A stretch of 64,000 bases of DNA from Asterias rubens (GCF_902459465.1 NC_047076.1:5642001-5706000), one strand, 5' to 3'. Positions 47,041-61,200 are shown, numbered from the stretch's first letter. Program-made: numbers and translations. The notes: generated by a model from the letters alone, not told the origin.

Positions 47041-50000
47041 ATGTCTACCCAAGCCATGGCGGAGAATTTGCCCGACTCAAACGCACACCCGGCCCCTCGC
47101 ACCGAGTCCCAGCAACAGACTCAGAAGGTCATGACCTTTCACCTGTACGACCCTGATGTATCTACATCTCTTCTGGAAGGCATCACGCTATCACCTTGCC
47201 AACTGAACACAGAAATTGACGGGGTCATCGACATGCCTGATGATGATCAGCAAAATACAACTAATAGTCCAGGTAAATCAATTGTAGTCAGATCTTTTTG
47301 GGGTACTGTTATAAAATCTCTTAAACTGGGGGTACCAAAGATAGGGTTGGAGGCCTTCTGAAAGATTTGGTTGTTACTCATAATAATTGTTAGCATAAAA
47401 ACTTACTTGGAGAGCTGTTGTTTGATAGTATAAGACATTGTGAGAACGGCTCCCTCTGAAGTAAAAGAGTTCTCGAGAAAGAATTAATTTTCCACTAAAA
47501 TATTTGAAGTAGATTTTGAGACCTCAGAATTAGATTTTGAGGTCCCGAAATCAAGCATCTGAAAGCACACACCTTTGTGTGACAAGGGTGTTTTTTCTTC
47601 CATTATTATCTCGCAACTTCGGTATATGATGAGATTCACCAAGTGAGAAGACTGCTCTTTGACAATAACCAAAGGTGTCCAGTGTCTTTAATGGTCCTTT
47701 GTGTGACAAGGGTGTTTTTTCTTCCATTATTATCTCGCAACTTTGACGACCAATTGAGTTCAAGTTTTCACAGGCTTGTTATTGTGTGCATATAGAAACG
47801 AGAGTTTCCAATGTCAAGACGGGAAGTTACTTTGTTATCCATTACAGCACACTCTTTTTTTTAACTCAACTAATTTTGTTTCTTCCACAGAAACTGACAT
47901 TTATACTGTGTCAACAAAGATGGCATGTTCCTTGTGCAATTGTTTGTTTACTTCAAGACAACTTCAGGTAAAACTAAAATTGCAATGCTGAAAAATTGTC
48001 AAACTTTGATGTATCAAAAATTGAAAACTCATATACTGTACATTGCAAAGTAGGAGTAAACTGGGCCCAATTTCATGGCTCTGCTTACCTTAAGCAAAAA
48101 ATTGGCGCTTGCGGAAGCAGGGAATTCGTCAAGCATATTTCACTGGTTTGCAGGGAAGTTTTGCTTGTGCCTAGCCTACTCCTTATTACTAGGCATTCTT
48201 TGCTTACAAGGCTAGCACAGAAATTTGGCACTTGCACAGTAAGCGGAGACTGGTTATCCTAAGCGCAAAAAATTGCAGTAAACAGGGCCATGAAATTGGG
48301 CGGTGAACCTATTTTATATGGCTGCTTAAACATGTTAGTGCCTAAACATTTTCTGTCAAACAAAAATAAGCAGGAAACCAGTTACAAATGGTACAAAAAG
48401 CTATTAGTTTTGCTGTATCCTTTTTCTGGTAAGAACTTCTGGTTAACACAGTTGTTTTTTACTTAGCAAACTGTTGATGAGCAGCTCTAAGAAGAATAAG
48501 AACACTGTTACAAATGGTACAAAAAGCTTGTTAGTTTGGCTTTACTCTTTTCCTAGTAAGCACTTCTGGTAAAGCGCAGTTGTTTTGTACTTGTTGTTTT
48601 TAAGCAGCTCTATGAAGAATAAGAACCCAGGCAAATGTAGAATGTTATTTCCTTTCTCATTCAGACAGATCATTACAAGTTGGACTGGCATCGGTTCAAC
48701 TTGAAGCAGAAACTTATGAGGGCTGAACCAGTAACAGAAGACAATTTTGAAAAAATATCGGGTAAGTTACTTCTTTATATAAAAGCACACCATAGATCCT
48801 TGCTCTTAAAATGTGAGAACACTCATCGTGTGTCGTCTAGGGTTTGAAATTTATACTGGATCACTGCCCTGGGGCGAGTGATTTTAGCCTTGGGCCAGGA
48901 ATCTTGCGACCGGACAAGCCTGGTGGTCTTGAATAAGAATGGGCTGTCTCATTGTGTATTAAAAGCTTGGGGGCGGTAACAGAGGCTGCGGCCTCCGTGT
49001 TATAGACCTTTACCATGCTGTCTTCGTCTTGGTCATGTTCCTTGTACCGAATAACAATAATGAATGCTAATAATCATTTTGCACATAGGAACCAGACTAT
49101 TTGTTTTCTTCCAGCCTCGGTTTGGTTACATTAATATCAATGGGACAAATTTAAGATGGCTGCACCATGATAAAGGTCTATTCCTCCAGGCCTGCAGTTA
49201 GTGGGAAATCTTGAATACGGAGCAAATAACCACAGTGCTGGATCTACATTGAAACCTCTGAATTTAAAGAGACCAGCATCTCAAACACTCTTCAGTCTCC
49301 TGAGGATGACTAGAGTTGGTTAGTCAAAACATTGAAACCAATCAAGAACCCACTCCGCTCAGTGAAGAATAACGAAAAGTCCCCTCAATCCACTAAGAAA
49401 AAGTATTGCCGACTGATTTACCTCTCATCCCCCTCACCCCAGGTAACACAGTTCTTTTCAGAACTAAAGTAGTCTTTCGAATCCTGAAATCTACTCATTG
49501 GCAGTAGAATAAAAATAGAGTAAGACAAGTTCTCAAAGAACAAATCTGCATAGGAAACTGCAAAGTAGTTAGAAACTGCAAAGTAGTTATGGCATTTCAG
49601 CAAGCTGTATTCAATGATACCTCACCATGCAATGCCTCAAAACCAGTACTGCTCAAAACCCATACAAAACGGTTAATTCTTCAATGCTTTGTCTGCAGGA
49701 GATGTCTCGAGTATCTCAGGTAGTGATTCCTAAACGGACAGCGACAGCGATGACATGTCTGGGTACCAGTCTCGTCAAACATCAAATCAATCAGATAGGA
49801 GTAGACGGGTGAAGACAACTTCTCATAAGATTAGAGGTCGTGGGCACCCCAAAGTGTTCTTCAGAAGCGGCAACGGAAAGCTGGTATCGGTGCATCGTTG
49901 TATCTTGTACGGAAAGAAGGTAAGTACAATTTTACTGTGTATTTAGTTGCAATATGGAGAGACCATCTTTTCTTTGGTCATTTTGTTTCTAGGTGCCATT

Positions 50001-53000
50001 TTTTCGGTCAAAAGGTAGCACAACCTGATTTTACAGTCTAGTCTGGCATGCTGTGTCGGCACAAGGCAATTTTTTTATTACAATCGCAAGTTGCTGCCAC
50101 TTTCTTAATTGTTTAGGTTTAACGGGTCTATGTAACTTTTGTAGGACAAAAAACACAATGTCCACAGATTTACACTAAACTTACAGGGTTTGAACATCAT
50201 GATAGTAGAAAGCTTCCCTGAAAATATAACGTGCTGAGGTGCTGTAGTGTTTGGGAAATGAGTAAAACAATGTCATGAAAATAATTTTCGTCTCATGAGA
50301 CGAAAATTATTTTAATCATTTACAAACGTATTTTCATGACATTGTTTTACTCATTTCTCAAAAACTACAGCACCTCAGTAAGTAATATTTGAAGGGAAGC
50401 TTTCCACTATCATTATCTTCAAACCCTGTAAGTTTAATGTAAATCTATGGACATTTTGAAAAAGTACCCAAATCCTTTAAACAACGACAATTATTACTCT
50501 GCACTAATGACGTCACTTTTGCTCAAAGTACCCAACTGTCAGACAAACATTCCACTACCGTCGTAGCAATCACGCCATCACCAACGCGCCACATGGCACT
50601 TGTAATAGTATGATTCTTGTAAGTCTCTTACTCTGGCCTGATAAATGTTTTTTCAAAAAAGGCAAATAATAATTTTATTTTAAGAATATCTGCCCAATAC
50701 TTATTTCTCTCGTAGAATGCACCAGCAACTCAGCAAGAACTTGTTGCCATGGCAATGCAGATACCCACAAGGATGAAATGGCTGATTCTTATGATCGGCG
50801 GCGGCCATTTTGCAGGTGCTGTTTTTGACGGGTATGAGTTAAAAAAAAATTAATAGTGAAAGGTTCTGGTTGGCTTGTTTTGTAATTAGGCTTAACTAAG
50901 GAAGTGTTGTGACCAATCGGTCTAGTAAACCCGACTCAAGTTCTAGTGTTCCAATTTCATAGTGCTGCTTAGCGGCTGATTTTGTGCTTACTCTGCGATT
51001 TCCGTTTCATAGTGCTGCTAACCATATGCACACGAAAAGGCATGCTAACCTTACGGTGCTTACTGCATGAAAATAAATGATGTCACAATGCAAATTCATG
51101 GTGAACGTGCAATATGGCCGCCTAGTTGTTCTGCTAACCTGTGAAATACGCTGCACCTTAGCAAATTTTTCTGCGACAGTAAGCATGAAAATTTGCTTAC
51201 AGTTAAGCAGCGCTTTAAAATTGGGTCCTGGTCCTGGCACTTGTGACCTTGAACATAACGCTTAATCACATTTGCTTCGTTGGTCCAAGTTATAGTATAA
51301 CAAATGTCTTACATCGGTTATATATGACTCAAACAGTTCTCTTTCATTTCGTTCATTTCATTTTTCATTTCAAGACATCTATTTCCATTCTAACAGATAA
51401 TCAAATAAAAAAACAGAATAACTATCTTATAACTTTCTTATAACTCTCTGTATATTACTCTCACTTTTTTCTTAGGAAGGAGATTGTATCCCACAAGACG
51501 TTTCATCGCTACACAGTCAGAGCGAAACGAGGAACGGCGCAGGGAATGCGAGATTCACAGCAGGGTGGTAACCAGCCAAAGTGAGTACCAGGTAGAATAA
51601 TATCAAAGTCTTAAATAGCCCACGTAAGGTGCTCCAGGCGGTTAGTATCATTTATACTTTTCCCAGACAGTCCTTTTTCAAACAATTCTTTTCCTAGGAC
51701 AGTTCTTTCGAAGACAGACCTTTTTCCAAACAGTTCTTTTCCTGCCAGTTTTTGCCTTGGTGTTTCTGGATCGGCTGCTAAGTATCATTATACTTTTCCC
51801 AGACAGTCATTTTTCAAACAATTCTTTTCCTAGGACAGTTCTTTCGAAGACAGACCTTTTTCCAAACAGTTCTTTTCCTGCCAGTTTTTGCCTTGGTGTT
51901 TCTGGATCGGCTGCTAAGTATCATTATACTTTTCCCAGACAGTCCTTTTTCAAACAATTCTTTTCCTAGGACAGTTCTTTCGAAGACAGACCTTTTTCCA
52001 AACAGTTCTTTTCCTGCCAGTTTTTGCCTTGGTGTTTCTGGATCGGCTGCTAAGTATCATTATACTTTTCCCAGACAGTCCTTTTTCAAACAATTCTTTT
52101 CCTAGGACAGTTCTTTCGAAGACAGACCTTTTTCCGAACAGTTCTTTTCCTGCCAGTTTTTGCCTTGGTGTTTCTGGATCGGCTGCTAAGTATCATTATA
52201 CTTTTCCCAGACAGTCCTTTTTCAAACAATTCTTTTCCTAGGACAGTTCTTTCGAAGACAGACCTTTTTCCAAACAGTTCTTTTCCTGCCAGTTTTTGCC
52301 TTGGTGTTTCTGGATCGGCTGCTAAGTATCATTATACTTTTCCCAGACAGTCCTTTTTCAAACAACTCTTTTCCTAGGACAGTTCTTTCAAAGACAGACC
52401 TTTTTCCGAACAGTTCTTTTCCTGCCAGTTTTTACCTTGGTGTTTCTGGATCGTCTGCATAGTGCACCTTCTCTGAGCATGTTTGGAGTAAGGTATAGTT
52501 TAAGAGATGCGGATTTTTAACATTTGGACATATAGTTTGCACAATTGATACAAGTTATGAATATATTTGTTTATTTATTTACTTATTGTTGATAACTGTT
52601 CAAACAAATATGTGAACTAGGTCAGCGGGAGCATCCTTACGTCGTTATAACGAAGCAGCTCTTGTTGAAGATATTCAAACGCTCTTTGCAAGTTGGGCCG
52701 ACTCCGTCAACTCCTGCCATCGTATCTTCTTGAGGGCGCCGAGCTACAACAAGAAGGTGTTCTTTGGGGGAAAGAATCCTCTGCTAGATCTCAAAGATGA
52801 ACGAATCGTCACGATACCTTTTGCAACGAGACGACCAACGTTCAAAGAAATCCGAAGAGTGCATGAACTACTCGCATCGGTTGAATGTTACGGTGAGTGC
52901 AATCAAAGCATACAACAGACAGAAACTGTTTTAAAGTATACCTTTGGTTTTTGGAATTGTTTGGTTGTTTTAATCCTTTATAAATCTAGTTGTGTACATC

Positions 53001-56000
53001 TGTAAGAAGATACAACTTTGTATGTTAGAGGTTATAAGTCAAGCTTTATTCCAGATTATGAGAATCGACTGTAACATGCGGGCGGCCATGTTTTAAGGTA
53101 ATACAATGCATTGTGGGAAGTAAACAATAGACTTGAGTCAGTCTGCTAATGGCATACTGCTACACAATCGAATCAACATGTGAACATTTCATTTCAAAAG
53201 GTGGTAGATACCACCCAAAACAGCAGGATATCAGTCACAGATTTTACACGTGTCATGGTATTTTTAGCTGGTAAATGTACTCTGGTTAGCAAAATTGTTT
53301 TTGTGCTGATCACTTTTTGTGTTTTAAGCAGCTCCATGATAATCGAGTAAAATCTGATTCTGAACGATAGTCCTTGTGGTTAAAATTTTAACATTCATTG
53401 TCAAATTTGAATATTCAGGAGATGCAAATGAAGCTGAAAAGAGATTTACGGCGATGTTTTCACCTAAGACCAGCCAGCCGAAGAATACTCCCAAGGTGAC
53501 CGTAAACAAAGAAGAAAAATTGGAGAAGGAAAATGATGTTACGAAACCTTCACCACTCAGAGAAGATAAAGGTGCAATAAAAATCTAAGTAAAAATAGTA
53601 TTTAAGTATAATTAACTTTTTAAAGTCCAGCTAGAAAACAAAAAAATGCTGTACATTTCTCCAGATAAAATAAGTCATGCTCTATCATCTAATAATAATA
53701 ATACAGCATTTATAAGGTGCCTTTTACTGAAAACATTCAAAAGCGCAGATCTGGAAGAAGTTAAGGTTCTACTTCTCAAGCACTGAGGATACTGTTTCCA
53801 GAAGCTCCTTGGAATCTATAACTCCAGGGGTTACCAAAAAAGTGGACATGCCATTATTTCAATCTAACTCCTAAGATCTGGATCCCAGGTTCAGACTTTT
53901 TTGTTGGCAACTCGCTCATCAGTGGTGAGAGCTATGGACCAAGAATCCGACAAGACAAAATTGGTAGCGCCCTCTATTGACAAAATTTAACAATTGCGGT
54001 GTCTTCGTGCATAATCTAGGCATTGAAGACACCGCAGCAATGACGTGTGGTGCTCCACACTTGCGCGCCCGGATTGATGTATAATGGAATGTTTGTCTGA
54101 CATACAGTTATTTTTAGTATAAATAATGTCACTAGTGCGGAGTGCTATTATTATTTTTCAAATAATGTGCATCTTTTGGTACAGGTTTTTCAAACCGGCC
54201 AATGAGCCCAAGCTAGTGCTAAAGCCATGATTTAAAAAAGGGTAATCAACAAATATGAGAAAGACAAGAAGGCGTTTACCGGAATGTTCCTTTTTTGTTA
54301 TCGACTCTTAACAGAGAATCGGCCTGAGGTTATTACGGATGGCGAAGGTGATGTAGAGTTGGTAATGTTGGAGGAAGAGATATCTACCCTAGACCTCCAG
54401 GAATTTGAAACCAGGATTACAAAACCAAAAAGGACGAAGAAGAAAAAGAAGCCAAAGAAGAAACAGGAAGCTGAAGATGGTGAGAAATAGTCATTGGTTC
54501 TTGTTATAGCCAAGGCTTTTTATGAAATTGGGCCCAACATGGAATTGCCAATCTTTTCTTTTTAATCCAACCAGGCAAACCCAGCGGCAAAATGGAGACA
54601 CTGTGTGAGGCCTGCAGGCAAGGAGATTGGGACCGTCTCCAAGCTTTGTTGATGACACTCAGAGTTGATGAGACCGTCCCTGATGGGGGCGAGGAACAAT
54701 CAGAGGAGACTCCAGGGACTGTTGATGCCAGAGAGGAAGAGAGGGGCTTTTGGGATGCAGATTTTGAGACAGCGCCGTTAGAGGTAGCGTCCCAAGACAA
54801 AACAGCGGCAGGGCTTGTGAGTTCCATTGTCCACTCTGAAGACGATGTTGTGAGAAAGCCAACTCAGGATGATACTCTTAAAAATGTAAGCCTTCCGGAA
54901 AGTACAAGTGAGCAGTGTATGATGGGTAAAGAGCAAGGCATGATGGGAAAAGAACAAGGCATGATGAGTAAAGACAAAGGCATGATGGGTAAAGACAAAT
55001 GCATGGTGGGTAACGACCAAGGTATGATGGGTAACGAGCAAGGCATGGTAGATAACCAAGTCATGACTGATCTGAAGGGTGCATCAGCCATCGTCAATTG
55101 TCCTGTGGACGAGGAAGGCAGTACTCTGTTACATGTGGCTGCTGTAGCTGAACAGGCAACGATGCTGTGGAATTTGTTGGACATCGGAGCTGATCCCGCC
55201 ATAAAGTAAGTGATGTTATCGGAAGACGATAAAACTTTGTTTTCTGATTATTATTTAAAATAGAGAAGTCAAAAATACATTACATTTACAATAAAAGGTA
55301 AATACTTAAACAGGATTACCACGACACTCATACACGACCCCCAGACCATCTTGAGAAAGTAGTTTACAAAATGATTGTCAGAACGATCCGAGCAGCTGAC
55401 CGAGAGTACCAAGATCATCACATTCAAGAAACTGGTTACAATTTGGCAATTTGTACATGGCCTAAGAAACTTGAAGACTTTCAAATAAGTGGCCATTACA
55501 TCTGCATCTTACATTCATCTCAGGAACAAGAAGGGCCAGCCTCCTTATGTTCTGTGCAGTAATAAGGAGATTAGGAAGGAGTTCAGAAGATACATGGCCG
55601 CTCATCCCGAGAAGTACGACTACGAGAAATCACAGGTACTGAGCATTTTATTTAAGGGCACTCAGGACACATTTGGTAATTGCTCAAAGTATATGTTAGC
55701 ATAAAAGCTTACTTGGTATAAAAGAGCAACGGAGAGCTGTTGATAAATGTAGTATAAAACATTGTGAGAAACGGCTCCCTCTGAAGTAACATAGTTTTTG
55801 AGAAAGAGGTAATTTCTCTTAGTAGATGTTAATTTCTCAGTTAAATATTTGAATGTTAAGCAAGAAGCCTTCTCTGGCATTTGAAAGCACACAAATAGTT
55901 GCAACTTAGAATGTATTCTTTTTTTTTTTCATTATTTTCTTGCAACTTTAATGACCAGTTGAGACAAAATGTTTGTGCATGTTGGGATACAGCAAGTGAG

Positions 56001-58254
56001 AATACTGGTCTTTGACAATTACCAAAGGTATTCTAGCGCTAAAGTTAAAGACCGTTTTAGAGACCAGTCTTTTTCCTACTTGTGATTTCTGAACCTGACT
56101 GTTTGCTTCAGTGGCCAATGATATGAGGACGATTTCTAAAGAGGGAAGTGTATGTTTAATTTTGCTTGTATTTTGTTGTGAAAACGGAAGTTTGTTTCGG
56201 TTTGTCTTGTGTTTGACTGAATGATAATTTTAACGGCACGCTTTGAAACTCAGACATACCGGGTGAATTTTGACTTAATACACAACTCTGGGTATGCACA
56301 CATTTTTTGGGAACAATTGATAGTCTGCTGCCACCATGTGACCAATAAATCTCCTATTCTTCCACTCTGCAGATTCCAAGTCCATTGACCTCTGACCTTG
56401 AGGAACTGAGAGCAGCAAAAGCGGCAGAGAAGAGGAGGATACAGAAGAAGAACAAGAGGATTAGAGACAAGGTGATTGTTATAACTTAACCCCAAGGGAA
56501 GGTATCTGTCTGGTAACCAGTCCAATTAAAATTAATGGCAACAAACACAATTGGTTAGAAGCCTACAGCAACTTTCGATAGTATAATGCATGTTGAGAAA
56601 CATTTTACTTTAAAGTAATGTGGTTTTGTAACAAGATACAAGTTTTTATGGCCCAAAATTTGAATCTGAGACGCATTATCCCATTCACATAAACCATCTA
56701 CATGTATGCCCTTGCCCCTGAGTGGAGAGAAGCAGTGGTTATGTGTCTCGCTCAAGGACACAAGTGTCACAACAGAGATTCTAAGCCACATCCTGGTGAA
56801 TCACCAGAATTTGAGTCAGATGCTCTTATCCGCTCGGCCACGACACCCCCTTTAGCGCCTTATATGTTTTAATTGTAATGTTATGTTAAAGGGAAGGTAC
56901 ACATTTGGTAATTACTCCAAAAAAATATTAACTTAAAAACTGACTTGGTAACGAGCATTAGAGAGCTGTTGATAGTATAAAACATCTTATTGTGGGAAAT
57001 GACTCCCTCTGAAGTAACGTAATTTTTGAGCAACAGGTAATTTCTCACTATCATAATAAAAGACTTCTAGCTAGAAGTCTTTTATGCCTATCTGAAAGCA
57101 CACAAATTCGTCCAACAAGGGTGTTTTTTTCATCATTTTCTCGCAACTTCGATGATCAATTGAGCCCAAATTTTCACAGGCTTGTTATTTTATGGTTATG
57201 ATGGGATAAACCAAGTGAGAACACTGGGTTTTGACAATAACCAAACGTGTACAGTGGCTTTAAGTTTAAACGATGCATTCTTGACTCTTTCAACCACAGG
57301 AGCAGAAACAAGAGCTTAAGCAACAAGAGGAGGAGCAGAGGAAGCGAGATTTAGAGGAAGAGGAGAGGAGACGGTTCGCTGCTTTGACTGATCGAGAGAA
57401 GAGAGCTATCGCTGCCGAAAGACGACTCAATGCTCAGCTTACATCTCAGAAACCCACAGGGACAACAACACTCACTAATACTCAGTAAGAGTGTTCAATT
57501 TTTTGAGCGGGTAAAGGCCAAGTCACACTGCAGCGAACGATGCAACGAGAACGCATTCTATTGGTTGAGATGCTCCACGCAGAATACGGCCACGCTCATT
57601 AAACCAATCAAGGGCGTGCATTTTTATAGTTCTCGTTATCGGGGCCTGTGTGACTTGGCCTTTACAAATTACAGGGCCCAGTGTAATAAAGCAGTGTCAA
57701 AGCAGAAAATTCTGCTTGAAATTTCTTTGCTGAGCAAAAAATAGGTGGGGCACCAGTCACTGCATGGAACTTCATGGAATTTGGCTGGTAATCGGTATCT
57801 GCTGAGCAATATTTGTCTATGCTAATTCAAAGCTCTGAGTGGCCTTGAGCCACGTTGATATATTGACACTGACAGTCACGTGGTACCAGTTGATCTCGCA
57901 TTCATTTCACATTCACATTTCTACGAACACATGTGCATACAAAATACCATTATACGGATGAACATGTAAAGTTCATTGTTTTTTGAAACAAATAATATGT
58001 ATAGAATTACAGCACTTAATATCTGGTCAAGAAATTTTCAAAAGAAATCATCATTTCCTCATGCTCTGCAGTATTTTTACAAAAACCTTTTCATTATGCT
58101 CTACCTTTCTTTCTGTTTTTTTTTCTCCAGGCGATGTTGGTTGTGTGGAAATAGCCTAGCAGGCAAGGTTCCGTTTGAATACCTCGACTACAAGTTCTGT
58201 ACCATCGATTGCGTCAAAGCACACAAACAACAGCAGAAAAACGCCAAATCATGA
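47041..58254 (+). CDS. ANKZF1: Ankyrin repeat and zinc finger protein ANKZF1/Vms1 (tRNA endonuclease of ribosome quality control), 14 exons, with one in-frame TAA at 49731-49733
   Basis: Exons: 47041-47272, 47891-47967, 48665-48761, 49699-49919, 50716-50831, 51476-51580, 52621-52892, 53419-53571, 54315-54479, 54575-55205, 55524-55635, 56373-56471, 57300-57484, 58131-58254 (2589 nt, phase-consistent). Contains C2H2 CSLC...[17 protein letters not shown]1 [49 protein letters not shown], ankyrin GSTLLHVAA...GADP, YDYEKSQIPSPL and C-terminal RCWLCG...[10 protein letters not shown]. Confidence 0.93.
47360..47780 (+). mobile_element. T2/Kolobok-like MITE with a partial tandem duplication
   Basis: Family body ends GTGTCCAGTGTCTTTAA near 47690, followed by a repeated GTGTGACAAGGGTGTTTTTTCTTCCATTATTATCTCGCAAC segment. 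Confidence 0.75.
50119..50480. mobile_element. TTAA-flanked foldback MITE (fragments at about 28700-28970 and 37050-37205)
   Basis: Long inverted arms and a perfect 30-bp central palindrome ATAATTTTCGTCTCATGAGACGAAAATTAT (50281-50310). Confidence 0.78.
51644..52457. repeat. Tandem repeat, six copies of a 136-bp unit, in ANKZF1 intron 6
   Basis: Units start at 51644, 51781, 51917, 52053, 52189 and 52325. They are nearly identical, pyrimidine-rich and have no spacers. Confidence 0.97.
54919..55062 (+). repeat. Coding 21-bp tandem repeat (MMGKEQG-like heptads) in ANKZF1 exon 10
   Basis: Six units of ATGATGGGTAAAGAGCAAGGC-like sequence from 54919 to 55044, plus a degenerate seventh. Confidence 0.92.
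55650..56043 (+). mobile_element. Diverged T2/Kolobok-like MITE
   Basis: Family body with GTGAGAAACGGCTCCCTCTGAAGT and GGTCTTTGACAATTACCAA. Confidence 0.75.
56886..57263 (+). mobile_element. T2/Kolobok-like MITE, AGGGAAGGTACA subfamily
   Basis: TTAA flanks; closely similar to 18310-18685. Confidence 0.85.
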
Positions 58255-58903
58255 CTGGAAATATGAAATCGGACCCAGGATTTTGTTGTTTGAGATTTTG
58301 ATTAAATGTTATTGGGTCAAGTTCTTCGGTGCGTTTAATATACCAGACTCAAAGTCAACCCCATTTGAACATAATTTATTTCTGAAAGTATACACAGTGA
58401 CTATTATTCAATGGAAAAAACCAAGGCTGCCGGACTTGTGCGGTCATGAGTTAACTGGCCCGTTGCTTAAACTACTGGCAATTTATTCACGATTATAATA
58501 ATTTTTCTGAGGGCAAAACAAAAATTGAAAATCAGATTAAATAGGAAGATTATCATGTATGTTTTATTGTAACTTTATTAAGAAATTTGCTTATAAATCA
58601 GTATTATGTTGACAAAAACCAATCTAAGACAAATTGTGTCAAATATTATATCACAGTGGATGTAAACTAAACTTCCTTGTGCCACCATGGAATAAATTAA
58701 TAAGAAATTTGTAACACACATAATTTTTGTTCAGCATTTTCTTTTGTGTACATATTGCATAAAAAAAATAACATTGACACCAACCCCATGTGTTGCCCAA
58801 TCACAACAGATATATTCCACATGATAAAATCCATGACAAGAAACAGTATAACAGAGACATCCGTTAACAAAAATGAATTTCCTCCATGGTAGGACCAATA
58901 AAA

Positions 58904-58965
58904 ATTGAATAGAATTGAATTGAATTGAAAAATTGAATTGAATTAAATTGAAATTGAAATTGAAA
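58904..58965. repeat. (AATTG)n simple repeat between the convergent ANKZF1 and IDI1 ends
   Basis: About 11 imperfect AATTG/AAATTG units. Confidence 0.85.
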
Positions 58966-59874
58966 AAACTGGCATTAATTATTTTTAACATTTTTTTTTT
59001 ACGCTCAACCAATATATAGCCTTTGGAAAGGCTATATTTGAAAGGTGTCCTTCATACAACCACGAATATGATTTTTGTTAAAATGAATGTCCAGAGAGTG
59101 AATGCAACAGAACACACAGCTGCCATTTCAGCTGCGATTTCAGCTGTATCGTAAATTTCAGCTTTTCCATTAATTAATCCATTAATGCGATACGGGCGTT
59201 TCGCATTTTATTGATACTAAAGAGTGTGTTTTCGACGACAGATGGTTCTGCGACAGTATGTAGTTTTCCGCCAAATGTTGTATTTTTCAGCACAACGCAT
59301 ATTCATCCCAAGTACTGTCATAGAAATTGAGGGACTACCGTTCTCAAGGCCGACGCATGCGCAGGTGATGCCAAATGTCATCATTACTGCAGAGACAGAC
59401 GACAAATCAGCTCGGCATTTTCTGTGTTTTATTTCACCTCCCTCGTTACAACTGCCGCTTACCAGGCTGTATCATAAACTTGGGTGTGATCCCTGGCTAC
59501 AGGGCAGCTAATGGTTTGTTCCATTTGACTTTTGACTGGCACCCCAAACAAAGATATTGACTGTATAGGAAGGCTATCAACATACATGTAGGGCTTGATA
59601 GCTCAGTTGGTAGAGCGCCGGAACGTTAATTCGGAGATTGTTCAAGTCCGACTCCAGTAAATTTTTCTTTTTTCAAACCCAAACTATTTAAAAGTTACCC
59701 AGTCGGCTTCCCTTGTGGTTTATAACTTGAACTTGATTGTTCCTGCTATTTTACTTGCATCTGATAGCAGGCATTAAACAATAAAAACAATTTTTTGTTA
59801 GGAAAGTCTGTAAAATTCCATTCTTGCCCCGTCCTCTTGATTCGTCCAACATTAAGCTATCCCATCATGCCACT

Positions 59875-61200
<1,326 letters not shown>

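Noticed and set aside
50743-50756. Near-perfect RFX X-box GTTGCCATGGCAAT
   Set aside because: It lies inside ANKZF1 coding exon 5 (VAMAM codons), far from any predicted promoter, and is probably coincidental.
51757-52377. Four near-identical 70-aa ORFs, and the idea of a CRISPR-like array
   Set aside because: They are products of the 136-bp tandem repeat. There are no unique spacers or cas genes, and the context is eukaryotic.
59014-59037. 11-bp stem-loop ATATAGCCTTT GG AAAGGCTATAT between convergent genes
   Set aside because: Too short and AT-rich to stand out in a palindrome-rich window; not a histone stem-loop.
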